Shown: positions 11,818-24,299, counted from the first letter of the stretch. The stretch: 64,000 nucleotides of DNA from Callorhinchus milii (GCF_018977255.1 NW_024704770.1:1178001-1242000); one strand, 5' to 3'. The notes: generated from the letters alone by a model not told the origin. Program-made: numbers and translations.

Positions 11818-11989
11818 ACAATGTCCTATCTAAGTCAGCTGGTTGTGGAACTTAAACTCACATAGTCTAGGCTGACACTCCAATGTTGTTCGGGTGGGGG
11901 GGGGGGTTGCATTGTCCAAAACACACTGCTTGCAAATGAGGAAGACAATTCTGATGTTGTACAATGTACCTAAGTCAAATGCACACATG

Positions 11990-12072
11990 GGCAAATTTAC
12001 GGTGTTGCAGTATATCTAGACTTCCAAAAGGCATTTGACAAAGTACCACATGAAAGACTGGTTCACAAACTG
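11990..12072 (+). mobile_element. CR1 RT fragment
   Basis: Encodes VYLDFQKAFDKVPHERLV. Confidence 0.8.
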
Positions 12073-12399
12073 GTCCAGACATGACTAGATTTTTTTTTAC
12101 ATCAAATGAACAATTTAATACACATACAAATGATGAAAGGTACTGCACATACGAATTAAGAATAGGAGGCACATGCATTTCATGAATTGGATAGAGCTTG
12201 CCAAGGGGGAAACTGAGAGGGAATTCTAGGTGATATAATTTTTTGGGTGAGCCGGGTGCTGACGTATGGAAAATTCATCACCATGCTTAAGAGCATTCAA
12301 ACCAGCCTGAGAGATCAACGCAGTCATGTCACTTGGACGTGAACATTTCCCTCTGTCTGGAATGGAATGCATACCCTGTTTACGTAATATCTTTTAAAT

Positions 12400-12600
12400 A
12401 GGTATTGGGTGCAGACTAACGAGAGGCAACTTGAGGAGATTAGGTTTAGGTTCGCCACAGTTTTGCGAAAGTTCAGTTGGCAAAACATTGTGACTAATCC
12501 AGTACTTGATGTCTTTAGGCAGTCTGGCAGAACAGCAGTAGTCCTGGAGTCTAAGGTGGTGGCAAAATTGTAGAGTTGGGTGTCATCCGTGTAATTGCTG
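12400..12600 (-). mobile_element. L2 RT fragment
   Basis: Minus strand encodes NYTDDTQLY (YADDTQLY motif) followed by DIKYWISHN. Confidence 0.7.
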
Positions 12601-12968
12601 AACTTGCTTCATAAATGTAGCTGTAAATGACGTGACGTATACAGGCATGTTTTTATTTTTGGTGATGGCTTTAAAGCTTTCAGTTTTTTCCTAGTTTTAC
12701 CGATGATGAGAATTGTTTTAAAGCATTTTCAGCCCATGACTGGGTGGTTGTTATCTGACATTTGTGTATGTGCTCCAGGGAGATTAAACTGAACCTATCT
12801 CTTACAAAGATTTAGTACTGAAATATTGACTGAAATGTTGTAAAACACTCTGTGATCGGTATGTAGGTTTGCAATTTCTTCTCCAATGTGGATACAAGAT
12901 AGCTAGTGATTTTAGCACTTTTTAAAAAAAATTAAAATGCAATACATTTTGGCAATTGTTAGGGGTAG

Positions 12969-13153
12969 CAACGACAACAAATTACATTTATATAGCGCCT
13001 TTCATGCCGGGACAATCAGGGATTTGGACCCAAGCTGCGGTTGGGTTCAGGAGTGGGGGGAGGGCAGGGAGGGTGGGGATGGGAGTGTGGCTGAAGATGT
13101 GGTCGAAGAGCAGGGTCTTGAGATGGGCCTTGAAGGAGGCAAAGGAGGGAGCG
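12969..13153 (-). mobile_element. L2 3' end
   Basis: SFASFKAHLKTLLFD and AAAGGCGCTATATAAATGTAATTTGTTG tail. Confidence 0.85.
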
Positions 13154-13291
13154 AGTTTTGAGGAAGGAAGAAAGAGGATCATCTTACCAGAACTCGAGAT
13201 GGGACATCAGTTGGGTTTGTGAGAGATGGTGGTGCTTGCAATGAACAAACTTATTTGAGAACTCAAATAAGGGTTTTAAAATCACGAATAT

Positions 13292-13584
13292 AGTAGTAAT
13301 AATAATAATAATCTTTGCAATTGATATAGCGCTTTTCACATCTTCTCGACGTCTCAAAGGGCTTCATAGAATAGGCTATAAAGTGAATTGACTGTAAATT
13401 TGTGGGCGAAATGCAGCAGCGAATTGCGTACAGGAGTGTCCCACAAACAGTCGTGGATTGAAATGACCAATTTTTTTTTGAGGGATTATTATCAGGGGTG
13501 TGGAGTAAAGAAACTTGCCCAAAGTTTCACCCTGCCGGGAATCGAACCCAAGCAAGTGCTCTAATCACTGAGCTACAGGACTCC
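13292..13584 (-). mobile_element. tRNA-Ala DeuSINE, short-core variant with old-type tail
   Basis: Head GGAGTCC..., anticodon arm deleted, short central segment, tail GAGACGTCGAGAAGA. Confidence 0.85.
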
Positions 13585-13593
13585 ACAATATTG

Positions 13594-13653
13594 TCTGATA
13601 TTAACAGTGACACCGTTATATAATCTGATGTTAACAGTGACACCTCTGTATAA
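13594..13653. repeat. 30-bp tandem duplication
   Basis: TCTGATATTAACAGTGACACCGTTATATAA / TCTGATGTTAACAGTGACACCTCTGTATAA. Confidence 0.8.
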
Positions 13654-13791
13654 TGTGAAAGAATAGATCAAAATGGTCACCAAGTGAATAATAGGGAAAA
13701 AAAACTCACAAGATTAATTCGGATGAAGAAAGCCTTTGGCCCATCTGATCACATCCTTTCAGAATAACAACCTTACCTCCTCCCATCACAG

Positions 13792-14119
13792 TAATAATAA
13801 TAATAATAATAATCCTTGCATTTGATATAGCGCTTTTCACGTCGGGAGGACGTCCCAAAGCGCTTCACAGAACACACTGTAAAGTGAATTGACTGTATAT
13901 TTGTGGGCGAACGCGGCAGCCAATTGCGCACAGCAATGTCCCACAAACAGTCGTAGATTGAAAATGACCAATTTATTATTGTTTTGGGTTTTGGAGGGAT
14001 TATTATTAGGCTCTGTGTGGAGTAAGGAAACTTGCCCAAGGTTTCGCCCTCTGCCTGGAATTGAACTCAGGTCTCTCACTTGCAAAGCGAGTGCTCTAAC
14101 CACTGAGCTACAGGACTCC
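13792..14119 (-). mobile_element. tRNA-Ala DeuSINE, young subfamily, inserted in an old CR1 3' fragment (~13710-14400)
   Basis: Full head to (TTA)n tail; flanks resemble CR1 3'UTR/C-terminus (CCTTTGGCCCATC; ACCCTCTGGGTAAAGAA). Confidence 0.92.
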
Positions 14120-14630
14120 AGTATTGAGCTTTCGATTTATATACAAGTCCAGTGTTCTTGCCTCAACCGCCAATCCTGGCAACCTGTTCCAGTCATTTAT
14201 TACCCTCTGGGTAAAGAAAACGTTTCCTAGTATCTATCTAGAAATTGCTCTTTGCAACTCTAAACTCGTGTTCTCTTTTTCCTCTGTGTCAGTGCATCCT
14301 AAAGTATTATTCTTGGTTTCCTATCTAAATCCCATTTCAAATATTATACACCCATAGGTTCCCCTCTGAGACACCTTCTCAAACAGTCCACAGAGCCTCA
14401 CATGCTTTTTCCTTCAATCCCAAATGTAGTATCTCGAATTTGGCTTTCTCTCGCTTTTTACAACATATATGCTGAGTCAGGTCTCTTTTAAATGAGCCGT
14501 TGCTTTCAGTTGCCTCATTAGCTCTGGCAATGGTGTCTCATTTTCTCATTGGTGTCCACATTTTCTTCAATTAATAAAACTCCTCTCCCCCCCCCCCCCT
14601 CTCCACAATGAGTCCAAGCAGTAAACTGCC

Positions 14631-15076
14631 CCTCGCTCCCTCCTACTCTCCAACCTACTATCCCCCTACCTACCTGCCCGTACCCTCCGTTCCTCTGGCT
14701 CCGGTCTGCTCCACGTCCCCCGCCCCAACCGCCCTACCATCGGTGGCCGGGCCTTCAGCCTCTCAGCCCCGAGGCTCTGGAACTCCATCCCCCAGTGCCT
14801 TCGCCGCCTCCTCCCTTTCCTCCTTCAAGGCTGGTCTCAAAACCTTTCTCTTTGACCGTGCCTTCAGCTCCCCTCTCGACTCTCTACCCCCTCCTCGCTC
14901 CCTCCCTTCCCTCCCCTCACCCTGACCATTTCCCCCTCCTCGCTCCCTCCCTTCCCTCCCCTCACCCTGACCATTTCCCCCCAATGCTCGGGTCATGACC
15001 CAACTGTGCAGCGCCTTGGGACGTCCTCCTGACGTGAAAGGAGCTTTATAAATGGAATCTTGTTGTTGTTGTTGTT
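14631..15076 (+). mobile_element. L2 3' end with a 45-bp pyrimidine tandem repeat in the 3'UTR
   Basis: SFKAGLKTFLFDRAF; repeat at ~14887-14977; tail GGGACGTCCTCCTGACGTGAAAGGAGC...(TTG)n. Confidence 0.9.
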
Positions 15077-15198
15077 GGTGGGAGGCTACGAATGGGTTGA
15101 AAATGGTGTTTAATACATGAATAAAGGGATTGAAGGTATCCTTCCCAGCTGCTGGATCCTTCCCAACTGCAGACCCCTGGACACATTTCTTATTAGTA

Positions 15199-15412
15199 AA
15201 AAAATAACGAAAATTGTTGTTTGAGGGCAGACCATCAATATCGTACTAAAAATCTCGTTCTGTGTCTCTTTTCCAAATAGTGCTATCCAACATAGAATCA
15301 TGGAATGATTCTATGATTCTATGTTGAATAGCACTATTTGGAAAAGAGACAGAGTGAGATTTTTAGTACGATATTGATGGTCTGCCCTCAAACAACTATT
15401 CTCGTTATTTTT
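15199..15412. repeat. Long fold-back inverted repeat (~107-bp arms, essentially no spacer)
   Basis: Left arm GTTGTTTGAGGGCAGACCATCAATATCGTACTAAAAATCTC...CATAGAATCATGGAAT is the near-exact reverse complement of the right arm ATTCTATGATTCTATG...GAGATTTTTAGTACGATATTGATGGTCTGCCCTCAAACAAC. Confidence 0.92.
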
Positions 15413-16249
15413 CTCAATAGATTTGAAAGTGCTTCTCAGATTTCTGACCGAACATGTAGGCAAACTTGTTTGAAGTAGGTATGCATAGGGGTCATCCATC
15501 TGCTCTGCTCTTACATTTTAAAATCTTGAGGCATGTGCTTAGTAACTTAAAACGTTGCTACTTTAGCTTCTCGTTAGTTTCTGGTAGTTTTTTTAAAAAA
15601 AGGATGGAATGTTGGGAGCTATTAGTACAACTGAATGTGCATATGTGTCGTATCCTTTTTATACTCTTTGCTATGTAATTGATCCTTTCCTTTGTTTTCT
15701 TTCCAAAATGCATATCTTGAGAGTTATTTGTGGCCTTTAAACATCAGCCATGGTATCTACAAATTGGAGAGTGTGTTTAGTTTGTTTATTTTTTATTTAT
15801 TTAATCCACTTCCAGTATATCCTGTGAAGAGCTTTGTGACTTGTTAACGATGTAATAAGGCGCTATATCAAGTGCAAGAATTATTAGGATTATTATTAGC
15901 TCTCGTGAAGCAGGCAAAGCAAAGTAAGGTGATGGAATTGTAAAATACATGACTCAATTTTTTATCTAAAATGGAGGGTGGGGGTGATAAAATCCATCTG
16001 CTTGAAGAACCATTTTTTTCCAAGAGGACAAATGATATTCTTTTACTTAACTTCTGTTGAAATTCTGCCAAGGACAGGAATGTAAACCATGTACCCAGAG
16101 CATTTAGCTTATCTCACTCCTCTTGCATCTCGCCTTTCCTCTCCAACCCCCACCCCCACCCTCAGGGTCGCTAAAAGTTTCTATGAGATTATGATTTTAT
16201 TTTTTGCATTCCAATGTTGTGGATTATTCGGTATAGTTTATTCAGTACC

Positions 16250-16415
16250 AGTAATAATTTGGTCACTCAATCCACGACGGTTTGTGGGACACTGCTTTGC
16301 ACAATTGGCTGCCATGTTTCGCCCACAAAATATACAGTCAATTCACTTTACAGTATATTCTGTGAAGCGCTTTGAGAAGTCTTGAAGACGTGATAAGGCG
16401 CTATATCAATCAAGA
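16250..16415 (+). mobile_element. DeuSINE 3' half, old tail
   Basis: Deu domain plus GAAGACGTGATAAGGCGCTATATCAA. Confidence 0.85.
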
Positions 16416-16810
16416 ATTGTATCAATCCTAATGTTTCTTTTAATCAGGCATATGGGAAACAGGACTTATTTTGAGGAGAAGTTTTTACTGCAATATAAAA
16501 GATGGAGGCAGCAGAAGCACAGACAAAATTGGAGGCAAAGATCAGGAGTCTGGCAAAGCCACTTGAGTAATCAACTTGGAAAATACGCAGAAGGACGTGA
16601 TCTAAGAGAGAGGAGGAAGCAGAACTTTTGCTTTGGCTCACGAAACAATACAGTGATTGGGATGCAATGCTGCAGGCTTTTGACTTGAAAAATAAGACAG
16701 ACATTGGTTTGAGATGTGAGAGGCACAAATGCTTTTTGAATAGTATGTGATCATTCAGCTTTGATTTTAAAAAGTTCTACACCTTCTAGTTATTCCATTA
16801 GTCTATATCT

Positions 16811-17258
16811 TAGAATCATAGAATCTTTCGGCACAGAAGGAGGCCATTCGGCCCTTGCTGACTCTTTGAAAGAACTCCAACCAGTCCCGCTCTTTCCCCA
16901 CAACCCTGCAAATTTTTCTTTTTCAAGTACCTACCTATCCAATTTCCTTTTGAAAGCCACTATCGAATCTGCTTCCACCACCCTTTCAGACAGTTCATTC
17001 CAGATTGTAACAACTCTTTGGGTTAAAAAAAATTCTCCTCGTCTCCCCTCTGGTTCTTTTGCCAATTATCTTAAATCTGTGTCCTCTGGTTCCTGACCCA
17101 CCCGCCAGAGGAAACCGTTTCTCCCTATTTACTCTCTCAAAACTCCTCATAATTTTGAACACCTCTATTAAATCTCCCCTTAACCTTCTCTGCTCTAAGG
17201 AGAAAAATCTGGTCTGTAGTCTCTCCACATAGTGGACGTCCCTCATCCCTGGTATCGT
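16811..17258 (-). mobile_element. CR1 LINE 3' end
   Basis: FSLEQRRLRGDLIEVFKIM...TRGHRFKI; GATTCTATGATTCTA tail. Confidence 0.92.
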
Positions 17259-18329
17259 GAGCTGAATGCACTGCAGGAGGAAATAAGTGTTGGGTATTAC
17301 CAGTCACAAAACGTTCTGGCCCGGTGGACCTGAAAGCTGGACAGTTATTTATTTTGTAAGATAACTTTAGGGTGAAGGGTTCCTCGATAATGGAAAAATA
17401 TCTGTATAACATTAATTCTATAAAATCCCAAAGATAGAAATGGATTAAGATGTGCCCCTTGTTCTGCTATCTTGGTACATCCAAAAGTATTGTTACATAT
17501 AATATATTTGCACAAAAATATTCTTCCATTGGTGAAACTGCATTTTGTTCTTCACCAGCGAGAGCTAAACCCAGATTGTGACTTTTTTTTTGCTGGCTCT
17601 ATTGGTATGGTTTTATTTTGCTTTGTCTATCCCTCTCACCCTTCCTTACTTGCACGCCTTTGGAGAATCCTAATCTCCTGTTGATATAATTTAACATAAA
17701 TGACAACTGAAAGGAGTACTTGTTTTATCTCGCTAGCAACGCGAAACTAGATGAAAAGGTAACTTGAATACAGAAATACTGAAATAAAAACCAGAAAAGA
17801 GAAACCGAGGTCAAGAAATGCAAACTCTCTATCACCTCTTTCCTTTTCAATTTAGTCCCCAGTCTTAAATTCATTGTCCATAAAAATATAATCTTATTAC
17901 CTTATTGTGTTTCTCTTTGGGGGTTCTTTTATTACTTATCCCTGCAGCTTTTCGGCAGCAATACATGCTGCTGCTCAGGGAACTGAAGCAGAAATGTCTT
18001 GATTTTTAAAACTGCAATGCATGTGAATTGAACATCCCCAAGTAAAGATTTAAACTCAGTGGTTCTTCCTTATAGACTGGGTTGCCATCTCTAGTTCCAT
18101 TGTGCATCCATCCTAAATGTCATCCGAACGACTCTGTACATCCAAATAAACAATTACACTTTCCTTTGAGCAAGTTGTAGGATTTATTTGTATATCCTAT
18201 TCTTGACTTGTCCTTACAACACAACAATAGTTGTTGGCTACCTTGAAGAAGTTTTGCTGTTCTCTTTGATGTGACTTTTGTTCTTCCTTTTTACCCTGCT
18301 CACCTTCTTTGCTACCAGCATCAGCATTT

Positions 18330-18720
18330 ATACAGTGCCTGTTATGTAGGATAATGACTTAGATTGCTTTACAGAGACAGATTTGGACACCAGAATGGGA
18401 AGAGTGTTTTGGGTGACCACAGGTGCAATTGGAGAGAGAGGTTGTAAGGTGGACTTGAAGACAGATTGAGAGGGGGGTAAGATGAAGGGACAGACAGAGT
18501 GAGCTCGAAAGGTTGTGAGCATAGAATCTGAAGGTTCGGCCACCACTGGTGGTGTGACACAGGGACCCTGACTTACCTGAGGAGTGGGGTAAGAAGAGAT
18601 CAAAGAGATGCGGAGGCACTCGGGTATGAATGGATTTGTAGGTGAGGATAGATCTTGACCATTGGGAGACTGCACCTAGCAGAGCCTGCCTGGCATGTAC
18701 TGGGGTGATGGGTGTACAGA
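18330..18720 (-). mobile_element. Old L2 3' fragment
   Basis: GGRTFRFYAHNL..SL.LSL.L....FK.HL pattern across frames. Confidence 0.6.
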
Positions 18721-19464
18721 CGTTATTCTCTCATTCCTAACGCTGTGTATTAAAAATTTGAATGCACTGCAACATGTGCATTTAGATATTTAAATATTAG
18801 TACTGTTCTCAGGCTGTGGTGAATTTGACTCACCACAATCCGTTTTTTTCCCCTTTGTTGGAGGGAAGGAATTATCAGTAGCTGAATAGAGCAGGAGAAA
18901 ATTAAACCCAAACAAACTAAGGTTGGATTTGAATAGTTGCAGGGTTGCAACGCTTAGAATGAATTTTCAGTAATGGCATTTGCAAGTCTGCACTTGTCTT
19001 CCTTTTCATTGCCTTTCAATTGCTTTTTGAATGATTGCCACTACCTTCTCTATCACCACTTTGTGGGAGGATTTTTGTGAGTGTGGCTTACTGTTAGATT
19101 GCAGCACTGCTTACAAAAACGATTGATGAAGGAAATGTCAAAAAGCTCCTTTTCTAATGACAAGTGGCTAGTGCTCTATACAATGTGAATTATTTGCCAT
19201 AGCTAGATTATAGGGTAGTATAAAAATGGAAATTGTCTTCTGTATTTTTAGGCTGGTGCTGGGGCTTATCTTTCAGGAGCAGCTGTTGAGAAAGTCAATA
19301 GATCCAGATATTGTCAGGGTGTTGATATGGACTCTTTTAATAATTTATTCAGTTTATTGGCTTGTCCTGGCAGAGGTTTTTATTCCAGACAAAACACTGC
19401 TGCAAGCCACTTTGCTGAAAAGGCTTAATGAGAATCTTTTTCTATGCATAGTATAAAACCTGGC

Positions 19465-19805
19465 ATTTGATATTGCGTCTTATCACATTGAAACGTCTTA
19501 AAGCACTTCACCCAGTGAGTTACTTTGAAGTGTAGTGACTTGACAGCTAATCTGCACTATCATATCCCGCAAACAGCAATGAGATAATGAATGCTTTTTT
19601 TTGTTGATTTGGGATGGGGAAGGAATACTGGTCTGGACTTGAGGAGGAACTCCTAGGTCTTCTTCCAAATAGTGCCATGGGATCTTTTACATCCACCTAA
19701 ATACCCAGAATATGCAGATGGGATCTCAGGTTTAATATCTCATCCGAAAAACAACAAACAATACAGCCTCTCAGCACTGTACTGGAGAGACAGCCTCGAA
19801 TACAA
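19465..19805 (-). mobile_element. Older DeuSINE (SacSINE1-like)
   Basis: CTTCCAAATAGTGCCATGGGATCTTTTACATCCACCT...GGTTTAATATCTCATCCGAAA...CTCAGCACTGTACTGGAG. Confidence 0.7.
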
Positions 19806-21253
19806 GTTCCCTTTTGAAGAGTTTGAAGCCGGAGCCGGGAATGAACCAGAGATACCCATTTATTATGGGTAAACTCCCGTCTTTCAAGGTACGTCTCAAA
19901 ACGTACCTCTTTGACCATGTTTTCAGTCTTCGTTTCTCTCCTCAGCCACCCCTTCAGCTCCCACCCTCTGTTCTGGTACCACTCATAATTATCAAGCTAC
20001 AAGTGTAAATTGTATTGTATCATATGATCTTTGAAAATCTGCTTTGAATATAGCGGCTGTTCATTCGGGGTGCTAAGTGTATGATATTAATTTGACAGAA
20101 TGCTGTGATGCATTACCTGGGCAAAGGTTGCACTTACACTTCAGGAAATGTTCTAAGGTTAATGTTACTTTGGATTTGGAAATTAACCATGCCTTTTTCC
20201 TCCTTCACGTCAAAGAACAATTTTAACCCTGAAATGTTACAATACAGTCGAGCGCTGATTTTCTGCACTCTTGGCACTGGTCTTGTTGCGGATAAATGAA
20301 CAGTGTAGATGATTCGATGATTCGATACAGTGCTAACTTTAAAAAAAGTTCCGTCAGTAGTTTTACTTCCACTGTAGTAACACACTGTGCCAGTCCTTTC
20401 CTCTGTTTTGCTCTGCTTCTCCGAGATTGGTATCCACAAGAAGAATTTTAATTTTATATGGCGTCTTTACGGTGTCAAAGTGCTTCACATAGCTGACTGG
20501 GAGCCAGCGCTGGGGCTGGGGGTAGCCGAGGAAGATGGAACAATAGCAATTGTAACTGATTTATTCTTGAGAATGCTAAGCTATTTATTTTCCTTCTCGT
20601 TTGCCTCAATTCTGGTTCTTTCAAGATCTTACACAATTGAGAAAGCAGACACATCAGACCCATCAAGCCTGTTGCTTGATTTCTGGGAATTCTTGTTTTA
20701 ATACAGTTGTTACAGATGAATGTGCTAAAGCAATGTGGTGTGACTTTACTACGATTCTCTTCAATCCCCTCTTAAAACCAAACTGTTTTCCCATCCTGCC
20801 ATTGCGAAGTGCATTGATCACTGAAGTAGAATTTATGCTGCTCTTATATTTTGAGCACAACTCCAAAGAGGTAAGTAAGCTTGTCTTTGTACTGTAGGCA
20901 ACTGGTAATGAAAAGAGGTATGGATTTTTTGGTGGTCCATTAGGTGTACTCTTTCAAAGACTGATTCTTGTTGTCTCTGCTTCATGTTGATCTAATTCAG
21001 AGTTGGCATCGGAATAATTGGAGTCGGTAGTATTGCAATTTCTGCCAATGGCTGATAGTATCATGAAACAACAACAACAACTTGTATCTGTATAGAGCCC
21101 TTCACGTTTAGCACGACAACCGATATCTTCATGCATGCACAAAAACCTCTAAAAACATTTTGGTGATCTCTACTACCTAAACACAATATAATACAAATTT
21201 ACATTGATGCAGCGCCTTTTATGTTGGGGCGACATACCAAAATACTGCAAAGT

Positions 21254-21292
21254 GAGTTAATGTTTCAGGTTGACGACCTTTCGTCAGAACTG
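21254..21292 (-). ncRNA. Decayed minimal hammerhead ribozyme motif from a Penelope-like element fragment
   Basis: Minus strand CAGTT-CTGACGA-A-AGGT-CGTCA-ACCT-GAAA-CATT-AACT: CUGANGA and GAAA cores, stem II AGGT/ACCT, stem I AGTT/AACT. Confidence 0.65.
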
Positions 21293-22148
21293 TTGGAAAG
21301 GAGTAGTTTATAAGGACAAACAGAGAAGGGGGGCAGGGAAAGAAAGACAACGGAAAAAATTAGGTGGAGGATTGCTGAAAATTGGCATTACTGGCCGGGC
21401 ACCCGAGCTGAGAGTGGGAGCTTAGGGGTGTGTGGGTAGGGGGTGCGCAATATAAGATAATTCAAAGCATGGTCAAACAGGTAGATCTTCAAAATTCAGA
21501 ATAAAATACCTGATATTCAGGTGCTCCTTATGGCTCCACTGCTAGAGGGTCTTAAAAGTTGATTCACTGGGGTTAGGGAACCAATGCATGACTAGCATGA
21601 TGGCATGTCCATTGATTTGAGAAAAGAAGCTGTAAGATATTTGTTAATACATAGCTATACTGTTGTTGGAAATCTTCCTTTGGAACAAATGTTTCAAATG
21701 TACTTCTATTTTCCGATAATTTTTATTGTCGGCGTAAAAAGAAAATGAGAAACCAAGGCAGTACTCTGTGCAAATTCCACCAAAGGCAGTGATTTTTCTT
21801 GCCTTGGGTTGTGACAAATCAACTGCAGACTGGTCTACAGTTCACATACCTCAAAATCAATGAATCCATTCTGAAAGCTTATGAGCCACCTCCATAACCT
21901 TTTTTTCGCAAGAACAGCCAGGAGGGAATGAAACCCCAAATAACGGACCTCAACCAGCCTGAAATACAACTTAAATAGGCAGCAGACTTGAAGCTATGTC
22001 CAAACAGGCGGAAGAACTTAATGCAGTCTTTCCTCCTGCTTTAATAGAAGTTATTGGATAAGGGATTGTTTGAGATTTTGGCATTAAGAAGCTTCTATTT
22101 TATCTGGCCTGGATAGAAGTTTCTTATTTCAGAATCAATATTATTTTT

Positions 22149-22488
22149 GGAGTTCAGTAGCTTAGTGGTTGGAGCGCAAGCCAGAGGACCTGGGTTTGAT
22201 TCCCAGATAAGTCGAAAAGTTGGGCAAGTTTCCTTACTCCTCACACCTCTGATTACCCAGCAGCAAGTAGGAACCCGGATGTTAGTCAATTGACGGATCG
22301 CTTTTCCGGGGTAATAATCCCTCCCACCAAAAATAATAGTCATTTGGTCACTCAATCCATGACTGTTCATATATTTTTTGGCGAAATTGCGCACGGTCAA
22401 TTCACTTTACAGACTATCCTGTGAAGCGCTTTGAGACGTCTTTGAAGAAGTGATAAGGAGCTATATCAAATGCAAGGATTATTATTAT
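22149..22488 (+). mobile_element. tRNA-Ala DeuSINE, old subfamily, with an internal inversion
   Basis: Degenerate head, long core and tail; the Deu segment at 22369-22394 is in reverse orientation. Confidence 0.85.
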
Positions 22489-23744
22489 ATTATGTTTGTG
22501 GATTGTATGTATAGAATATTGCTTGCTTTATGATGGGTCATTTGTTAACTGTGCTCCACACGTGAAGGACACTATATAAATGCAAGTCGCTGAATCTGTT
22601 TGGTTGCAGTGCAGTTTCCTCTTGTGTTGCATTGATTTTTTATCTTTCTAATACAGCATGATAATTGTTATTTTGCTTTATATTCCTAGACGTTCTCCAA
22701 TTGGATCAGTCCGTGATAATGATTGCTAATAGTTCTATGCATGAAAATGTACTTAACTAATGGGTGTATTCGCTAACCAAGAGGTAAATATTAAAAGATC
22801 CAACTTGAAATTGGGCTTTCTAGTCTAAAGAGCTGGCTTAGATAATCATGTCACTGATTTAGATTTTATCTGGTGTATTTAATCCGTGGGCAGTAGTGAA
22901 CTATGTTTTTATGCCTACAACTAATTGATTGCACAGAATGGGAGCAATATCAAAAGTAGCTAACTGCAAAATAACTGTTTGCTGTAAGTGCCAAATGAGT
23001 AGTAACTATTGCAGAGAGGAGTAACTGAGCACCACCAGCCCTCCTGAGCAGTAGTGAAAGCTGTTTTGGATGCCAGGAATAGACCAATTATTGTGACTTC
23101 ATTTAGATATTCCTATTAAGAGCAACTACAACTTAATTTCTATTCAGTCATTTAAATCTATTAAGTAATTCAAGCGCTTTGAGACGTCTCAATGCTATAT
23201 CAAATGCAACTATTATTCTATAATTGGACTTCATTTGACACCGTGAAACTAAACTATATTTTGTTGAATTACAAGTATAGCAACAAGACTTTCAGGTCTT
23301 CGGATTCCCCATTGATGTGCTAAAACACTGAAGTATCCAAAACTCAAATGTTTAATTCATTGATAAACCCCTCCTCTCTCCTTCCCTCTCCCCACAAAAA
23401 AATCTGAAGAGTAATCAGCTATAGTGGAACCCTGCTGTATTGCAGTGTTTTGGGTCCATAAAATTGGAGCCCCCTATTGTAATGGCACCACAAATAAAAT
23501 GGCTGCCGGTTCCCGCTGACATCACTTCTGGCTGTCAGCAGACTAGCCAGCACGGAGGCAGGAAGCCAGATGGTCATTCACAACTGTGCTCAGGTATTTG
23601 GTTTTGTAAAATGCGGAGTGAAATGTACAAGCTGTTGGTCCAAGTTAGACCTTTCAGGGATAGACTGTTGCATTGATTGTTCACAGAGGCAGTTTCTGCA
23701 CCTTCATGTTGGGTTTAACCAGCTTCTTGATACATATATGGCAG

Positions 23745-24050
23745 GTTAATTTGGATGAAGACGGACCATCTGATCCCATCCTTCCAAAATATCCACCCAA
23801 CTGTCCTCCGATCACAGCATCAAAAACATTTTTTTAAATGAGTGCAGTGTCCTGGCCTTAACTAAGCTCTCTGTGACAACCTGTCATTAATTGCCCTTTG
23901 GGTAAAGAAAATGTTCTTGACGTCTGTCCTGAAATTGACCTTTGAGGCTCCAAACCTGTGTCCTCTCATATTCTATCGTTGGTACATTCTGAAGGATTTG
24001 TTTTGGATTTCCATTTTTTTGACTTGTCTAGTCAACGCTTGATTTTCATA
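23745..24050 (-). mobile_element. Old CR1 3' fragment
   Basis: Similar to 13710-14400 (GGATGAAG..GGACCATC; CCCTTTGGGTAAAGAAAATGTT; CTGTGTCCTCT). Confidence 0.55.
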
Positions 24051-24299
24051 GAATGAGGATATTAGGCATATCCTCAGCTAACAAACTGTACATTCCTTTT
24101 TTTTAATCAAACTATGACGTTCTGCATTATTTATTACTATTTAGTATTTGCAAGTTGTTTTCTTTTATATCATATTATGCTGCATTTCCCAATGCTCTCA
24201 GTCCTGCGTTGCTGCTGCTGCTATTGAAGCTCTGCCAAGAGGTGACCTGCCGTCAGATTTATTACCTGATTTGCTGCTTTTCTTTTTGCTGCTTTTCTT

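Noticed and set aside
19251-19430. Acceptor-like TTTTTAG followed by open frames
   Set aside because: No convincing donor and no recognisable peptide
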